Positions 39,701 through 52,530 of a stretch of DNA of 64,000 bases are shown piece after piece. The DNA comes from Lama guanicoe (Eukaryota). The notes beneath the pieces were generated by a model that saw nothing but the letters and a program-made list of their open reading frames with translations, searched no databases and was not told the origin of the DNA. The stretch is from the NCBI GenBank assembly GCA_013239625.1, contig MU054925.1, positions 29,001,138-29,065,137 of the forward strand, in the 5' to 3' direction. The position numbers and the translations under genes were made by a program. How positions within the stretch are numbered: the stretch's first letter is position 1; every line of letters begins with the position of its first letter.

Positions 39701-42700
39701 ACCTCCTGCTAAATCAGGGCTTTCTGCTAAACCAGACTCCTTGCTACAGTCGACCAACAAGGCCAGAGCCACCACCTCTCTTTCCCTCTCCAGGGTCAGG
39801 TACAACATGAAAGGGATGCCAGGTTTGGGAGGCTTCAGCGCATGCCTCTTTAGTGGCTGACACAGACCCCAATGACATCAGGCCTGCTTGGAGCTGGTCC
39901 TTGTCCACCATGTCTGTTACTGCAGGGGTATCCCAGGAAGCCCCTCCCCAGAGCAGAGACCACCAAAGGGGCATTGTTATTTGCAAAGCTTGATAGAAAG
40001 CCAGAAGAGGCCCTGATTCCCCAGGCTTACTTGAATCCAGAGATGAGACAGGACCTCAGAGGTCAAAATCCCTGTGATGCCCAAGCCTCTTCATAGCACC
40101 TGTTTTTGCTTGCATGCCTCCCTTGACGGGGGACTCACTCCCCTTTTCCATGATAATCTATGTCAACACTGGTGGTTACTAAGTTCTTTGGGCTGAGCTG
40201 AAATTTTCTCTTTGCTAACTATTTTTTATTGTTTTACAGTTAATGGGTGTTCTGTGACTCACACAGAATAACCCTGCTCTCTCCTCCACTGAAAGTTCAT
40301 GACCATGGGTGCAGAGATGTGCGTGTGCCAGGGAAGAGTGTGTGCATGGCTGTGCAATCCTGCATACATGTACAGGTGTGTCTTTGTGTGTGTCAGGGAA
40401 CAGGGGAGCACATGCACGTTTGCACAAGGGTGTGCATAATCCTCCTGGACATGTCTGAGCAGGGGGTGTTCTGAGATGTGCAGAAGTGCACATATTGGGA
40501 AATAAGACTCTGCAGTGTCTGGAAGGGGATCTTAGGGAGCCAAGGGTCATGGCGAAGAGCTTTATTACTATCTTGAGACTACCTCAGTCTCCCAGTTTGG
40601 GAGATGGGTGGGTGGCCAGAGGGGGTACCCCCAAAGGCTCCAGAACAGCACAGAACAGAAGGCCAACCTGCAGCAGACACCCCGTCACTATCTTGAGGCT
40701 GTCCGCAGGGTGGCCCTGAAACCCTGAACCCACACCACGCCACCAGATGACTACATCTCTCAGGGAACTCTGCCAGTAGGGCTTGCCCTAAACAAAGTGA
40801 GAGTGATGACAGAACAGCATGTCACATGAGTGGTCATTAAATGCTTTGCAGCCTCACAAAGAACCCACGATCACTCCCATTTCACAAGTGTAGAAGCGAA
40901 GGCGAGAAAGATGCAGGGGCCTGAGCTGCGTTCGGCAGAGTGACGTCTTCAGGGGGCAACCTGGGGGCTCCGGATTCTGCACAGAACATGCAACTCCAGG
41001 GCTGGTCACCCCGAGAGACGGGTGTCTAGGCCTTGGGCCCGCCTGGCTTAGAGGTCTACCTTTAGTTGGTCCCTCTTTGGACCTCAGTTTCTCCATCTCT
41101 AAAATGAGGAGGTCGGGCCAGACGGCTTCTAAGAGACCCTCACACATTGGCTTGTACTACGCCTTGGACACTGGATGGGACCCGGGGCAGGAGACCTCTC
41201 TGGCTCCTGGCATCTCTACTCCAGCAGGCATGCGTTTGCCCTTGGGTTGGCTGGAGTTATCTTCTGGATGCTGAGACATCCATGAGGACAAAATTTTCTG
41301 TTTAAAAAAATTAAAAATCTACTCAGAGCTGCCTTGTGAACAATCTGTCATGCCTTATCCCAAGCTGTTCCCTTCCATTTGCTTCTCTGACTGGTAGACT
41401 CCTATTCAGCCTGCAGGGCCCAGCTCAGAGGGCCCCTCCTCAGTGAACCCCATGCTGACTCCACTCTCCAGGCAGAGTCCACTGATCCATCCATGGGGCT
41501 TGACCATTCACTCCATCGAGGGCAGGGGACTGTGTCTATCCATCTCAGGTCCCCAGTGTACCTGACAGACATAGCTGGTGCCTAACAGAAGCTTGCTGAG
41601 TGACTGTAGGAACCCATGGCTTGAGCTCAGAAACTGAGAGACAGCAAGATTGCCTGGGTCATGGGGTCATCCACTTCTTCAACAACTACTTGCTTTTGAA
41701 TACAAAGGCAGAGAGCACGCATTGAACACCTACTGCGTACCCAGCACTGGCCTCTAGGAAGGATGGACATTATTGCTGAACGAGAGGAAATGAGATCACA
41801 TTTCTGGCAGGGAGGTGCCCACTGTGATCATGGCATTGGAGTAGCAGTAACTAAAAAAAATAATCATAAGAGCAGCTAAGGTTTATTACTGCCAAGGGCT
41901 CCTCCCTGTATTAAGCTTGTTATATGCATGATCTCACTCAATCCCACACTAGCACTTGAGACTAATACTCTAATTTTACAGATGAGGAAGCTGAGGTTCA
42001 GACAGTGGGGTGACTGGCTAAGGTCAAGTGACGGTCTGCATTAGGGTCTGAGTCCCAAGGCTGTAATCTTGACCTCGACCCTCAACAGATTTCCAGGCCC
42101 AGAACCAGTCTCCCATGGTGGGGACACCAGTGGGGTGAAATGTGTTGTTCTAGGGGAGAGAGCGAAAGCCAGGGTCGGTCCTGCCCTCCCGCTCGAGGTG
42201 GAGGAACAGTGCCTGGTGTCCAGGTAGGCTGGGGACTGGGAGGGAGCCCCAGACTTTTGCCAACTTCAACATCCATAAGGAAATCCCCAGTGGGATTCTT
42301 GTCTGCTACTCGGCTGACAGGTGTGAGGCGGGGGCTTTGGCTGCCCTGGCAGGCTGGGTGTGAGGGGCGGGAAGCAGATGGCAGCCCCTTTCTGCGTTTG
42401 GAAGAAGTCAAGGGTGAAATCCTGGAGCCGTCAGCCTGGCCGCATCACCTGCTGTTAGAAACGGCCCCTGGGCCAGAGGGCTGGCGGCCACCCAACGTGG
42501 CTTTGCTGACGAATGACAGGCCTGGGGAGGCACGGCCACCAGCCCAGCACTTTGCCATGGATAACATCACTATCTTATAAATAAGGACTGTGGCTGGAAG
42601 GGGGTTATTCACAGTACGGCCATCTCTGTCTCTCCTGTGAGCCTGGGACTGAGGGAGCGAGGTGCCCATTTTAAAGACGAGGAGGCTGAGACTCGAAGAA

Positions 42701-42734
42701 GACAAGCAAGTTCCTTGACACGGTCCTTCAGACG

Positions 42735-42806
42735 CAGTGCTGAGACGAAGCAAGGCAAGGGAGGCCCCCAGGTGCAAAATGCAAGACGGTGCTCACTCTC
42801 AGGTTC
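42735..42806. mobile_element. MER91-like hAT-Tip100 fragment
   Basis: gagacgaagcaag..caggtgcaaaat..ggtgctcactctcagg. Confidence 0.45.
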
Positions 42807-45023
42807 CTGAGAGTACCCAGTCCCTGTCCCTCCGCTAGCTGTCTGCCCTGCAGTTCAAGTCCACCTCAATGACCCATGCACCTACACTGCCCCACCCTCC
42901 ACCCCAAACACAGGGCAGAGATTGCAAATCCACAAAGAGATTTCAAACCCATTTAGGTAACTGTATGGATGATGCAGTTGTAATAGATTCTAAGAAGTAC
43001 CCAGATGTAAAAGATGCTCAAAGCCAATGTCTCAGCAATCAGTTCCCTGAGCAGCAATGGATTCCAGGGCAACCACTTCATTTCTCACTTTCACTCATTT
43101 GGCAAACTTTTGCTGTGGGCCCACCACGTACCTGGACCTGTGGGCTGCCACGTGGGTGGAGAGGAACCGGACACAACTTTCTGTTCTCAGAAAGCTCTGT
43201 CATTACCTCCCAGGGTGGCACAGGGCTTGCATGTTATAAATTTAATATAAGCAATCATGCTAAGCTAACATCTACGCAGCATTTTCTATGTGCCAAGCAC
43301 TTTATATGCATCATCTCATTTGATCCACATCACAACTCTGAGGCAGGTATTCTTATCATCCCATTTTGCAGAAAAGAATAATGAGGCAAAGAGATGTTAC
43401 GTAACTTGCCCAAGGTCACTCAGGAAGAACACGGCAGAGCTGTGATGGATGCTGAGCGAAATGTTTGGTGGGTGACTGAATGAAAACAGACGGGAGGTTG
43501 TGCAGGGAGGCCAAGTAAACATAAGGGTGATGTGATTGGTTAAATGTGACCATGCAAAGTGCCCTGACTGCTCCAGGGAGCAGCATCAGGCCTCCTGAGG
43601 GCAGCGCTAACAGAGGGTCAGGGAAGTGTCCGTGCTTTTGGGCAAACTTGGATTGCAGGCTTCTAAGAAGAGGGTGACAGTGACAGCCACCGTATCAGTT
43701 AGCAGTGCGAGGAAGCTCTGATTTCTCCCCCTCTGAGCCTGACCACGTGCTCCACTTATAAAAATATCCCAGGCCAATTGCCCCTCGTACCCTGAGAAAG
43801 TGGGCTCTGAGACAGGCTGGCCCTGGGCAGGTATAGGAGGAGCAGGAGGCCCTTCCTGGGCTGGCCCGGCCGAGGGACCCAGCCCGGAGCCCTCTCGCTC
43901 CCCGGCCACAAGGTCACCACAGTGACGGGGCTCCAGCCTCAGGGAGGGGGCTGCCGCTGGACACCCGGACACCCAAGCCTCCCCAGCTCGCGCCTCGGTT
44001 GCCAGGTAACCATGCGGCTCAGGTTTCGGGGGCCGAGGACAGGGCCTGGATGAGAGCATCAGTTAATAATAATAGATCCAGCCCAGCCCGATGGGGCTGC
44101 TAGAGATACACAAGTCTCTCTGGGCAAGGCCTGGGTGGCCCTCGGGTCATCTTGCCAATGGAGAGACTGAGGTCTGGGAGGGAAAGGGAGTCGCCTGAAG
44201 TGACTAGTGAGTTAGTGATGAAGGTGGGGTCACCGCTCTGAGAGGCTGGAAGAGAAATAACAGTTCAGGAAGTGATGGCAAGTGTAGCTGCCACATGCAG
44301 GGCACTGGCTATGTGCCAGGCACTGTGCCAATGGCTCCTCCCACAGCAGCCCAACTCATCCTCAAAACGACAGTGAGGTGTAGATGTTGTTTTCATGCCC
44401 ACTTTATAGATGGGGACACTGAGGCGCAGAGAGACTGTGCAGCCTACTTGAAAGCATTGAGCTGGTGCATGACAGAGGTCAGATAGGAACCCAGGCCAGT
44501 GTGACTCTGAAATCCGCAAGCTTCACCCCGGCTGGTACTGCCCTCAGGGACTAAGGAGAGGATGGGCAAGGACTGAGGGCCCGCGGCACAGCTGGTGGCC
44601 TTTCATCTCTGCAGCAGCCCCGGAGGGGGAGGCGTCTCACTCTTTCTGTCTCAATGCCGAGGATGCTGAGCTCAGAGGGTTAAGTGGTGGTTGCCAGGTG
44701 ACCTAAGTAGTAGGTGGGGATGTAGGATTTGAACCCACATCTCTCTGGCTTCAATTCTCAGGCTGACCCACTTTGCTCAGTTCACTGGCAGAGGCCTGGG
44801 GCAGCGTCCCTCTGCCAGGCCTCCCAGCTTCAGGCATCTCTGCCCGACCACCCCCAGCAGGGCAAGATTTCCAGGTACAGGACCCCACTCCCCAGCCCGC
44901 AAGAGAGCCGGCAAGCCCCAGCATAGAGCAGTGACCTTTGATTCCAGACCACTAGACCTCTCCCTCGGTCGCCCATACCCTCACCTCCCGCAACCTGAGC
45001 CTGGGCTGGACGGGGACACGCAG

Positions 45024-45198
45024 GTTGCCATGGAGACAGCACATCGGATACTGACCTGGGGACCTGCTGGCAGCCCAGGGCAGGGGCAGGCCGTGCCTCA
45101 GAGGGATGGCTGGAGGGGCGGAGGACAGGGGACCTGGGGGCCCTGTGGCAGCCGTGGTTGCTCTGTGGGCCAGGCCGGGCAGAAGCTGCTATTTATAA
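45024..45198 (-). promoter_or_regulatory. Candidate alternative promoter/first exon of ATP2B2
   Basis: Minus-strand TATAAATA at about 45197-45190 overlaps a MEF2 consensus (CTATTTATAA, 45189-45198). A donor CAG|GTCAGT lies at 45056/45055 and an X-box GTTGCCATGGAGAC at 45024-45037. Confidence 0.35.
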
Positions 45199-45552
45199 TT
45201 CTGCTGAATGGGCCCAATGACTTGACTGACAGTCCAAGGGCCGGGAAGCCCAGCAGCTGCACAAAGGGGAGGAAACAGCTCAGGAACTTCCACCCCACTC
45301 CCTCACCCTCTGGGCCTTCAGCTCTGAGCAGGGTGCTGAGGGAATTCGGGGAGGATAGGACCCCTTCCCCACCGCCTCCACTAGCCTCAACATCCACCAC
45401 TCTGGATGATCCTGCCCTCATCCCTGTGTCCTGGGCCAGGCTCAGCCAGTATGGGAGGCTGGGTGGAGGGGCTGGATCCTGCGTTCTGGTCTTAAAGGGG
45501 CTCAGAGCGCGTGTGTGTGCCTGCACGTGTGAGTTCCAGGATGCCTCCCACT

Positions 45553-45880
45553 GGAGGGGGAGGAGGGGGCAGGGGTGAAGGGAAAGAAAGGGGAGAAAGA
45601 GAAGCTGTAAGGCACAGAGGAACTTGAGAAGCTGGGGTGGGAGGGGCTGGGGAAGAAAGGAGGTGGAGGAGGGGGAGAGAAACAGAGGCAGACTCCAAAA
45701 GAGATAAAGTGAGAAGTAGAGAGAGGGAGGGAGAGAGAGGAAGGAGGGGGGAGGGAGGTGGACAGAAGGAGGGAGGAAGAGAGGGAGAGACAGAGGGAGA
45801 CAGAGAGAGGGAAACAGACAGACACGCAGCCAGAGGGACTGAAGCAGAGACACAGAGAGGAGGGAGAGGGGAGGACAGAG
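45553..45880. repeat. Long purine-rich (GA/GGA) low-complexity tract
   Basis: About 330 nt dominated by G and A on the + strand, i.e. a pyrimidine tract on the ATP2B2 sense strand. Confidence 0.85.
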
Positions 45881-46864
45881 CATCGCGTCCTCTCTGCCCT
45901 GGTGGTCAGGCCGCTGGTTCAGAAGCCAAAATACAAACATGACCAGGTCTCGTGGGGCAGCTCAGCAGACCATATGTGGGAGGAGAGAGGGCCTGGGCTG
46001 CACAGCCTGCACACACCGCCCCGCCACCTTGGCCCGGAGCCGGGCTCCGGCCTGGGCAACCCTCCTCCAGCCCCCTCGCCACCTGGGGGCACAGGGCAGG
46101 GCAAGGACTGCTCCAAGGGCGCCGGAACCCAGCCAGGAAAGGCATGGTGGCAGCTCCCGGGGCTTGCTGGGCTGTCCGCCCTCGGATCAGGGTTATTTAA
46201 GGAGCTAAGCAGCAGGAACACACCCCCTCCTCCCTTGTTCACGGGCCAGTGGCTGCTGACTCAAAATATTCTCTCAAGGAAATTGTCTCCCCAAAATCCA
46301 ATGTCACTTCTCCTGAGAGGCCTTCCCTGACCCTCTAGATTAAATTCTCTGCTTGCACAGGGCCTAACTTGTACATTCGGTCCAGTGCTCATTCTGGGGA
46401 ACCACAGCCAGAATCCGCCTATTCCCCACATCGGACTGAGAGCTTCAATTTCACCGAGCAAGAACTTTACCTGAGCCATCTGGTTTAGTCTCTTGGCAGC
46501 CCTCTGTGGAGGCTTCAGGAGCAGGTCCCTTTTACAAAGGAGGAATCAAGGCTCAGAGAGGTTAAGTGGTTTCCCTGCGGTTTCACTGTGGGGAAGTTGT
46601 TGAACCAAGTTCTGACCCAAGGCAGCCTGATGTCAGAGCTCAGTCACATGACCGCCGGGCATTCAGCCTCCCTGGCTCTAACGATCACTTCCACTCTCAT
46701 GACTCTGCTCAACACCCTTCCATGGCTCCCCAGTGCCCAGATCCAAACATCCCGCCTGGTGCTGGTTCCTTTCCCTTATTTGTCCTTCCACGGTCCCTTC
46801 AGATCTCATCCTCCCTCCCCTGATCTCCTGCTTCAGGCCGCCTTCTGTTTTGGCTTTTTCTGAT

Positions 46865-47830
46865 TTATTCACTCAACAGTTATTTAAGGAGCACCTACTG
46901 TGTGCCAGGCACACTGTGCTTACTTCTGTTGGGAAAGGCAGGCTGTGAAAAAAGCTATGAAGAGAGTAAGGCATAGTGACTGACTGCTAGGGGACAGATT
47001 TTGCCAAGCAGACATGCAAAGAGCTGGGGCCAGTCTGTGCCATGCAGAAGGAACAGCACAGGCGAAGACCCTGAGGTGGGAAGGGGCGGGGCGTGCTTTT
47101 TATAACCGAAAACATGACCAGGACTTGAGAGTGAGGCAGAGGGACGAGGCAAGCTCAGAGAAGGGCCGGGGGCAAACCGTATGAGGCTTCCAAGCCATGG
47201 TGAAGAATTTGGATTTTATTCCAGGTGCGGAGGGATGCCTCTAAATAATTTTAGGTGGCAGATTAACATAGTTTGCTTGCTTGTTTGTGTCTGAGCTTCA
47301 TCATCCATTGGAGGATACACTGTTGGGGTGACAGGAAAAGAGAGCGGGGAGGAAGAGAGTGGCTACTGCGTCATCCAGGCAGTGGGGACGGGGCGCTGGC
47401 TGCAGGGGCGGCAGTGGCGTGGGCAGGTGGGAGAGAGGAAGTGGAACCAAGAGGATGAGCTGAGGACAGGGAGGCAGAGGAGCACGGCTGATAAGGGCTC
47501 TGCCTTCAGCAAGAGGGTGGACAATGGTGCCACTTCCTGGGACAGGGAGTTGGGGAAGGAGCGAGATTTAGAGGAGTGGGAGGGCACGATTAAGAATCCC
47601 GTTTTGGACTTGTTTGCTTTGAGATGCTTGTGAGATGTCCAAGTAGAGACGCCAAGCGGCCAGTTGGATGATGAGTTGGGAGTGCAGAAGAGAGACTCTG
47701 GCTGAAGGTATAAATATGGGAATCAGCAGCTTAAAGATGGTATTTAAAGCCACATGACAAGGTGAGATCACCAAGGAAGAGGGCGCTGTGAGAGAAGGGA
47801 AGAGGCTCAGAGCCGAGCCCCCAGCACTTG
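46865..47830 (-). mobile_element. L2 LINE fragment (about 1 kb)
   Basis: attcactcaacag..gagcacctactgtgtgccaggcac, ccatggtgaagaatttggattttattc, ttttggac..tttgagatgc, gctgaaggtataaatatgggaatcagcagc. Confidence 0.7.
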
Positions 47831-50649
47831 GCGGTCAAGGAGAGAAGAAGGATGGAGCCCTACAGCCTGCTGGCTGACCTGACCGGTGACTTCCCTGCTC
47901 AAAAGCCTTCAGTGGCTCCCTACTACCCTCAGAACAAGGTTCAAAATCTGGAGCTCGACACAAGGTCCTCCTACTTCTCCAGTCTCATGTCCTTAGGTCC
48001 CTCCCTCGTATCCTTCCTTCCAAACCTAATAAACATCCTGTCAAGTTGCACACCCCAGGCTTTAGCCCAGGCAGCTCCCCCTGCCTGACATGCCCTCCTA
48101 TGGGCAAAGGCTAATTCGAACTCTTGCTTTTCTAGAGCTCCCTCTAACCTCCCAGGCAGACTTTGCAGTCCCATCTCTGTGTTTCTATGGCCTCTGGACA
48201 TACTACACAATCACTGTATTTCTGGCAGCTCCTTGGAGGAGGGGGCTGGTTCACCTCCAAGACCTGGGCCCAGCACGCCTGAGGCTTAGGGTGAGCCCTC
48301 GTGAACTCAGCGTCCATCCCCATGTCACCTACGAGTCAGAAACATGCTATCTGAGCTGGAGTGGGCTGAGAACGTGGACTGAATCACATCTGCTTTGGCC
48401 TGGGCTGGCGCTCTGAACAGACTCAGCAGAAGGAAGGTGCATAGAGGGAGGAGCGGAGGGGGCGTGAGAATCAGGGGCGGCCACAGGGCATGTGCCAGGC
48501 CTCCCACCTGCCCTGTTGCAGCAGGAGGGGAAAAAGATGAAAACACAAAAGTAGGGAACAAAGAGCAATCAAGTTCATCTTCCCTCATGACTGCCCCAGC
48601 TCATGACTGGAGACTTCATTGTGCAGGAAATCAAAGAGACATTGGGAGAGAGGCACTGGGTCTGGAGGGGTCACGACAAAGCTCCTGCACCCTCCTGGGT
48701 TACTTTTTTCTGTGTCATGTCTGATGTTCCTGCAGAAAGCCTCTCTAGCTGGGTGACTGGGGACAGGTAACTTGGCCATTTAATGAGCACCTAGTAGGTG
48801 TCAGGCACCAAGTGTTTGTTCAAGGGTATGGACTGGGGTTACCTAGACCTGGACTCTGATTACAGCTCTGCTACTTCTGCACAGCCTCGGGCAGGTCACT
48901 GCTTTGCTCTGGGCCTCAGTTTCTTCATCTGCAAGATGGGGATATTTACACGTGCATGGTTAGGCTTTGGGGGAAGTGATGTGTGACAATGGCTGTGACA
49001 CATTGAGCACAGTGCCTGCCACACGGCTGTCTCCTTTCCTTATCCTATCTGTGCTGTTAGAGGAGTGTTCATGCTCCCATTTTACAGATAGGGAAACTGA
49101 GGCTCAGAGACACCCAGATCGCAGAGCTAGAATGCACAGAGCTGATGCCAAAGGGGACTTCTGTCCCTGAAGCCGAAGGCCCCTCCCTCTGCGATGCCCC
49201 ATGTGTCTGTCCTCTTACTTGTCATTCAGAGGCCTTGGGTTGGAGCTGGGAACTCAAAGGTAATTCAGACAAAAGCTTCACCCTCTGGGAGTCATGGCCT
49301 CCCACCACTGACTACTGTATACCACCTCCTCTCAATCAGAGAAGCTGTGGCTGGGAGGATGGGGAGGGGACTCCCAACTGTGCAGAAAGAGAAAGTGTTT
49401 GGGAAGTCCTACTGCACAGGCCCAGTTACTCCTTTTGAGAGCAGGCAGGCAGCTAGGATTACTCTTCTGAATCTCAAGTTTTTCCATCAGCGAACTGGCA
49501 TAAATTCCATCTCTCCCAGAAGATAACCAGAGGGCGAAACAGAAAAGCATTTGGGTGGCCTTGGCGTCATTACAGGGAGCCCCAGATCAGGCTGTCTTTA
49601 GCTGAAGTCTGTGCAAAGTTCCTCTGTAAAGGTCTGGGTAGATTGCCACTTTTCTGAGGAGGAAGCCTGTGGCTTCTTTCATCAGCTTCTCAAAGCAGTC
49701 CCCGACCCCTCTGTTGTCTCAAAAAGACCCAGAATCACTACTAGCGGGACCAAGTCAACTCCATGTTTTCTTACGAATGCCGTGTAGACACAGTACCAAG
49801 ATGGCGGAGCCAGGAAACCCAGAGGCCTGGGGATGCTAGAAAGAGCAAGGTTCAAGGCTGGGACCAAGGCCACTTGAAAGTCACTCACTCTACAGCTCTC
49901 CTGCGGTCCTGTGGCTTGGGATCCTGTAGGAACCAGCTCCCCTCCATGCCAGCATGGCAGAGGAGAAAGAACTCGGATGCTGGTCTTTCCCAAGCAAAAT
50001 GCAAAGCTAATTCTTCCAGACAGCAAGTTCCTGTAACCTTAATTGATCAGCCTCTAGTTTAGAGAAAATTAGATTTCATCTGACTCTTCCATTAGCCCCG
50101 GGGACAGGAGTGAAGTCAACAGTGCAATACAGAAAGCTCTCATCACAGACGCACCCTGAATTCGGCCAGAGAAGTAGACGGAGGATATAAGCCATGCCCC
50201 CATGAGATATCACTCAGAGCAGGTACCTTGGGGAAATGCTTAGGGGCTCACCTGCTCGGACATCCACAACCAGACCCGTCCCACAAGTGAGTCATACGGT
50301 GGGTGACCCCCCGGAGGCTCCAAAGGCAGGCTGTAGCCTGAAATATCAGCTGACTGCAGGGGCCTCAAACGTGGTTCCTCCAGCCCAGGCCTCATCACGA
50401 GCGACAGACACCAGCTTCCTACCTGGCCTCTCTACCTGGCTGTCCCCACATCTCATCCCCAACAGATCTCAGGTCCAACTTGTCAGTATCTTCTTTTCTG
50501 ATAAATGCTTTTGTGAATCTGCTCTGAAAAGTTATTTCTTATTCCTAGGTGGTGAAGATGTTCTTTGTCTTCTTCTAGGAGCTTTATAGCTGCAGTTTTA
50601 CACTCAGATCTATGAGTCATCTCAAGTTAATTTTTCTCATCTATTTTCC

Positions 50650-51680
50650 TTCTTATTGTGGTTAAATCCACATAACATAAAATTTACCATTTTAACCATT
50701 TTTAAGTGTTCAGTTCAGTGGCGTTAAGCACATTCACATTGTTGTGCAACCATCACCCTCATCCACCCCCAGAACTTTTTCATTTTTCCAAACTAAACTC
50801 TGTCCCCATTAAACAAACTCCTTGTTCCCCCTCCTCCAGCCCCTGGAATCACCATTCTACTTTCTGTCTTTATGATTCTGACTACTCTGGGGACCTTGTG
50901 TACATGGAATCACAGTCTCTTCTGTCTGGCTTATTTCACTTAGCACAACGTCTTCAAGGTTCTCTCATGTTGTAGCGTGTGTCAGACTTCCCTTACTTTT
51001 TAAGGCTGAATAATATTCCCTCGTATGTATAGACAATATTTTGTTTATCTGTTCTTCTGTTGATGGACACCTGGTTTTCATGAATAACGCCACAATGAAC
51101 ATGGACGTGCAGACATCTGTTTGAGTCCCTGTTTTCAACTCTTCTGGGGATATACCCAGAAGTGGAATTCCTGGATCATATGGTAATTCTGTTTCATTTT
51201 TCGAAGAGCCACCATACACTTTCCTGCAGCAGTTGGACCACTTTACATTTCTACCAACAGAGCAGAAGTGTCTCAGTTTCTCCGCATCTTTGCCAACGCT
51301 TGTTTCGCTTTGTTTTGTTTCTTATTGTAGCCACTGTAATGGCTGTGAAGTGGAACCTCACTGTGGTATTCATTTGTGTTTCCCTAATGACTGGCAATGT
51401 TGAACATCTTTCAATTTGCATATTGCCTTTGGAGAAATGTCTGCTTGTTTCATTCGCCCATTTTTGAACGGGGTTGTTTGGCTTTTTCTGGTTGAGTTGT
51501 AGGAGTCCTCTACTCTGGACATTAAACCTTGTCAGATATTGGATTAGCAGGTACTTTCTTCCATTCTATGGGTTATTTTTTTCAGTCTGTTGACAGTACC
51601 CTTTGCTGCACAGAACTTTTTAAGTTTGATGAAGTCCAGTTCATCTATTTTTTCTTCTGTTGCTCGTGCTTTTGTTCTCT
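50650..51680 (-). mobile_element. L1MB-type LINE-1 3' fragment; an older L1 piece adjoins at about 50490-50640
   Basis: acataacataaaatttaccattttaaccatttttaagtg..cacattcacattgttgtgcaaccatcacc, tggcttatttcacttagca, atatacccagaagtggaatt. Minus-strand ORF 50965-51219 (ELPYDPGIPLLGI) is the L1 ORF2 C-terminus. Confidence 0.9.
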
Positions 51681-51779
51681 AAGAAATAATCACCAAAAGA
51701 CCTTCTCCCCACTCTGTTTTCTTCTCCCTCAGTTTGAGTTGTGTATGGCCTGAGATGTGAGTTCAACTTAACATACCTG

Positions 51780-52530
51780 AAATCCAACCCTTAAACTATA
51801 CTGCCGGCACCTCCTTCTCTCCTGGGGTTCACTGTCCCCGTGAAAGGCCTCATCTTCTCTCCTGGTGGACAGCTCAGAACACAAGTCACCCCTGCTACCT
51901 TCCTCTTCATCATCCAAGTCCTGTCATTTTGCTCTTTCCTACGTTTCCTTGAAACCACTCACGTTTCTTCATCTCCACATCCCCTGTTCTAAGGTTTCTC
52001 ATCTCATGCTTGGATGACTGCAGGAGCCTCTCAACTGGCCTCTCTGCTTACTCTCGGAAAAGCAACTCTGATTACAACACATCCTCCCCATCTTGTTCTT
52101 AGGATAAAGACAGAACTCCTCAATGTGATCTTCAGAGCCCTGGATGGCCCACCCAATACCCCATTCTCCTCACTCTCTCTGCCCCTAGCCACTCTGCTCA
52201 CTCTCCCCACCAGGTGTTTGTTCTGTTCCCTCTGCCTGGAATGTTAATGCTGTTCCCTCCCCCTCAGCACCTAGCAAAGTCCAACTCATCCTCCTACTCC
52301 TGGCTAAATCTCACCTCCTCAGGGAGGCCTTCCCTGACTCACCGACTATATACTCTCTGTTGCTGCGCTCATCATGGTCGGATTTTACATGTATGTTTGT
52401 GACTGCTGGATTAAATGTTCAACACTAGACTGCTGAGGGCAGGGCTTGGGTCTGGTTTTTAATCACAACCACACATTCCTAGGGCCTAGCACAGTGTCTA
52501 GTACACAGTAGGTCATCTGTAAATAGTTTA
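51780..52530 (+). mobile_element. L2 LINE fragment
   Basis: tcttaggataaagac, tgttccctctgcctggaatg, cacctcctcagggaggccttccctgac, gagggcaggg..gcctagcacagtg..cacagtagg. Confidence 0.7.

Noticed and set aside
45098-45940. Longest ORF in the track (280 aa, Leu/Ser/Pro-rich) and the overlapping + strand ORFs
   Set aside because: They arise from the CT/GA low-complexity tract, which is poor in stop codons; no domain is recognisable.
50706-51753. ORFs resembling proteins (e.g. ELPYDPGIPLLGI)
   Set aside because: These are decayed L1 ORF2 and 3'UTR sequence, not a host gene.
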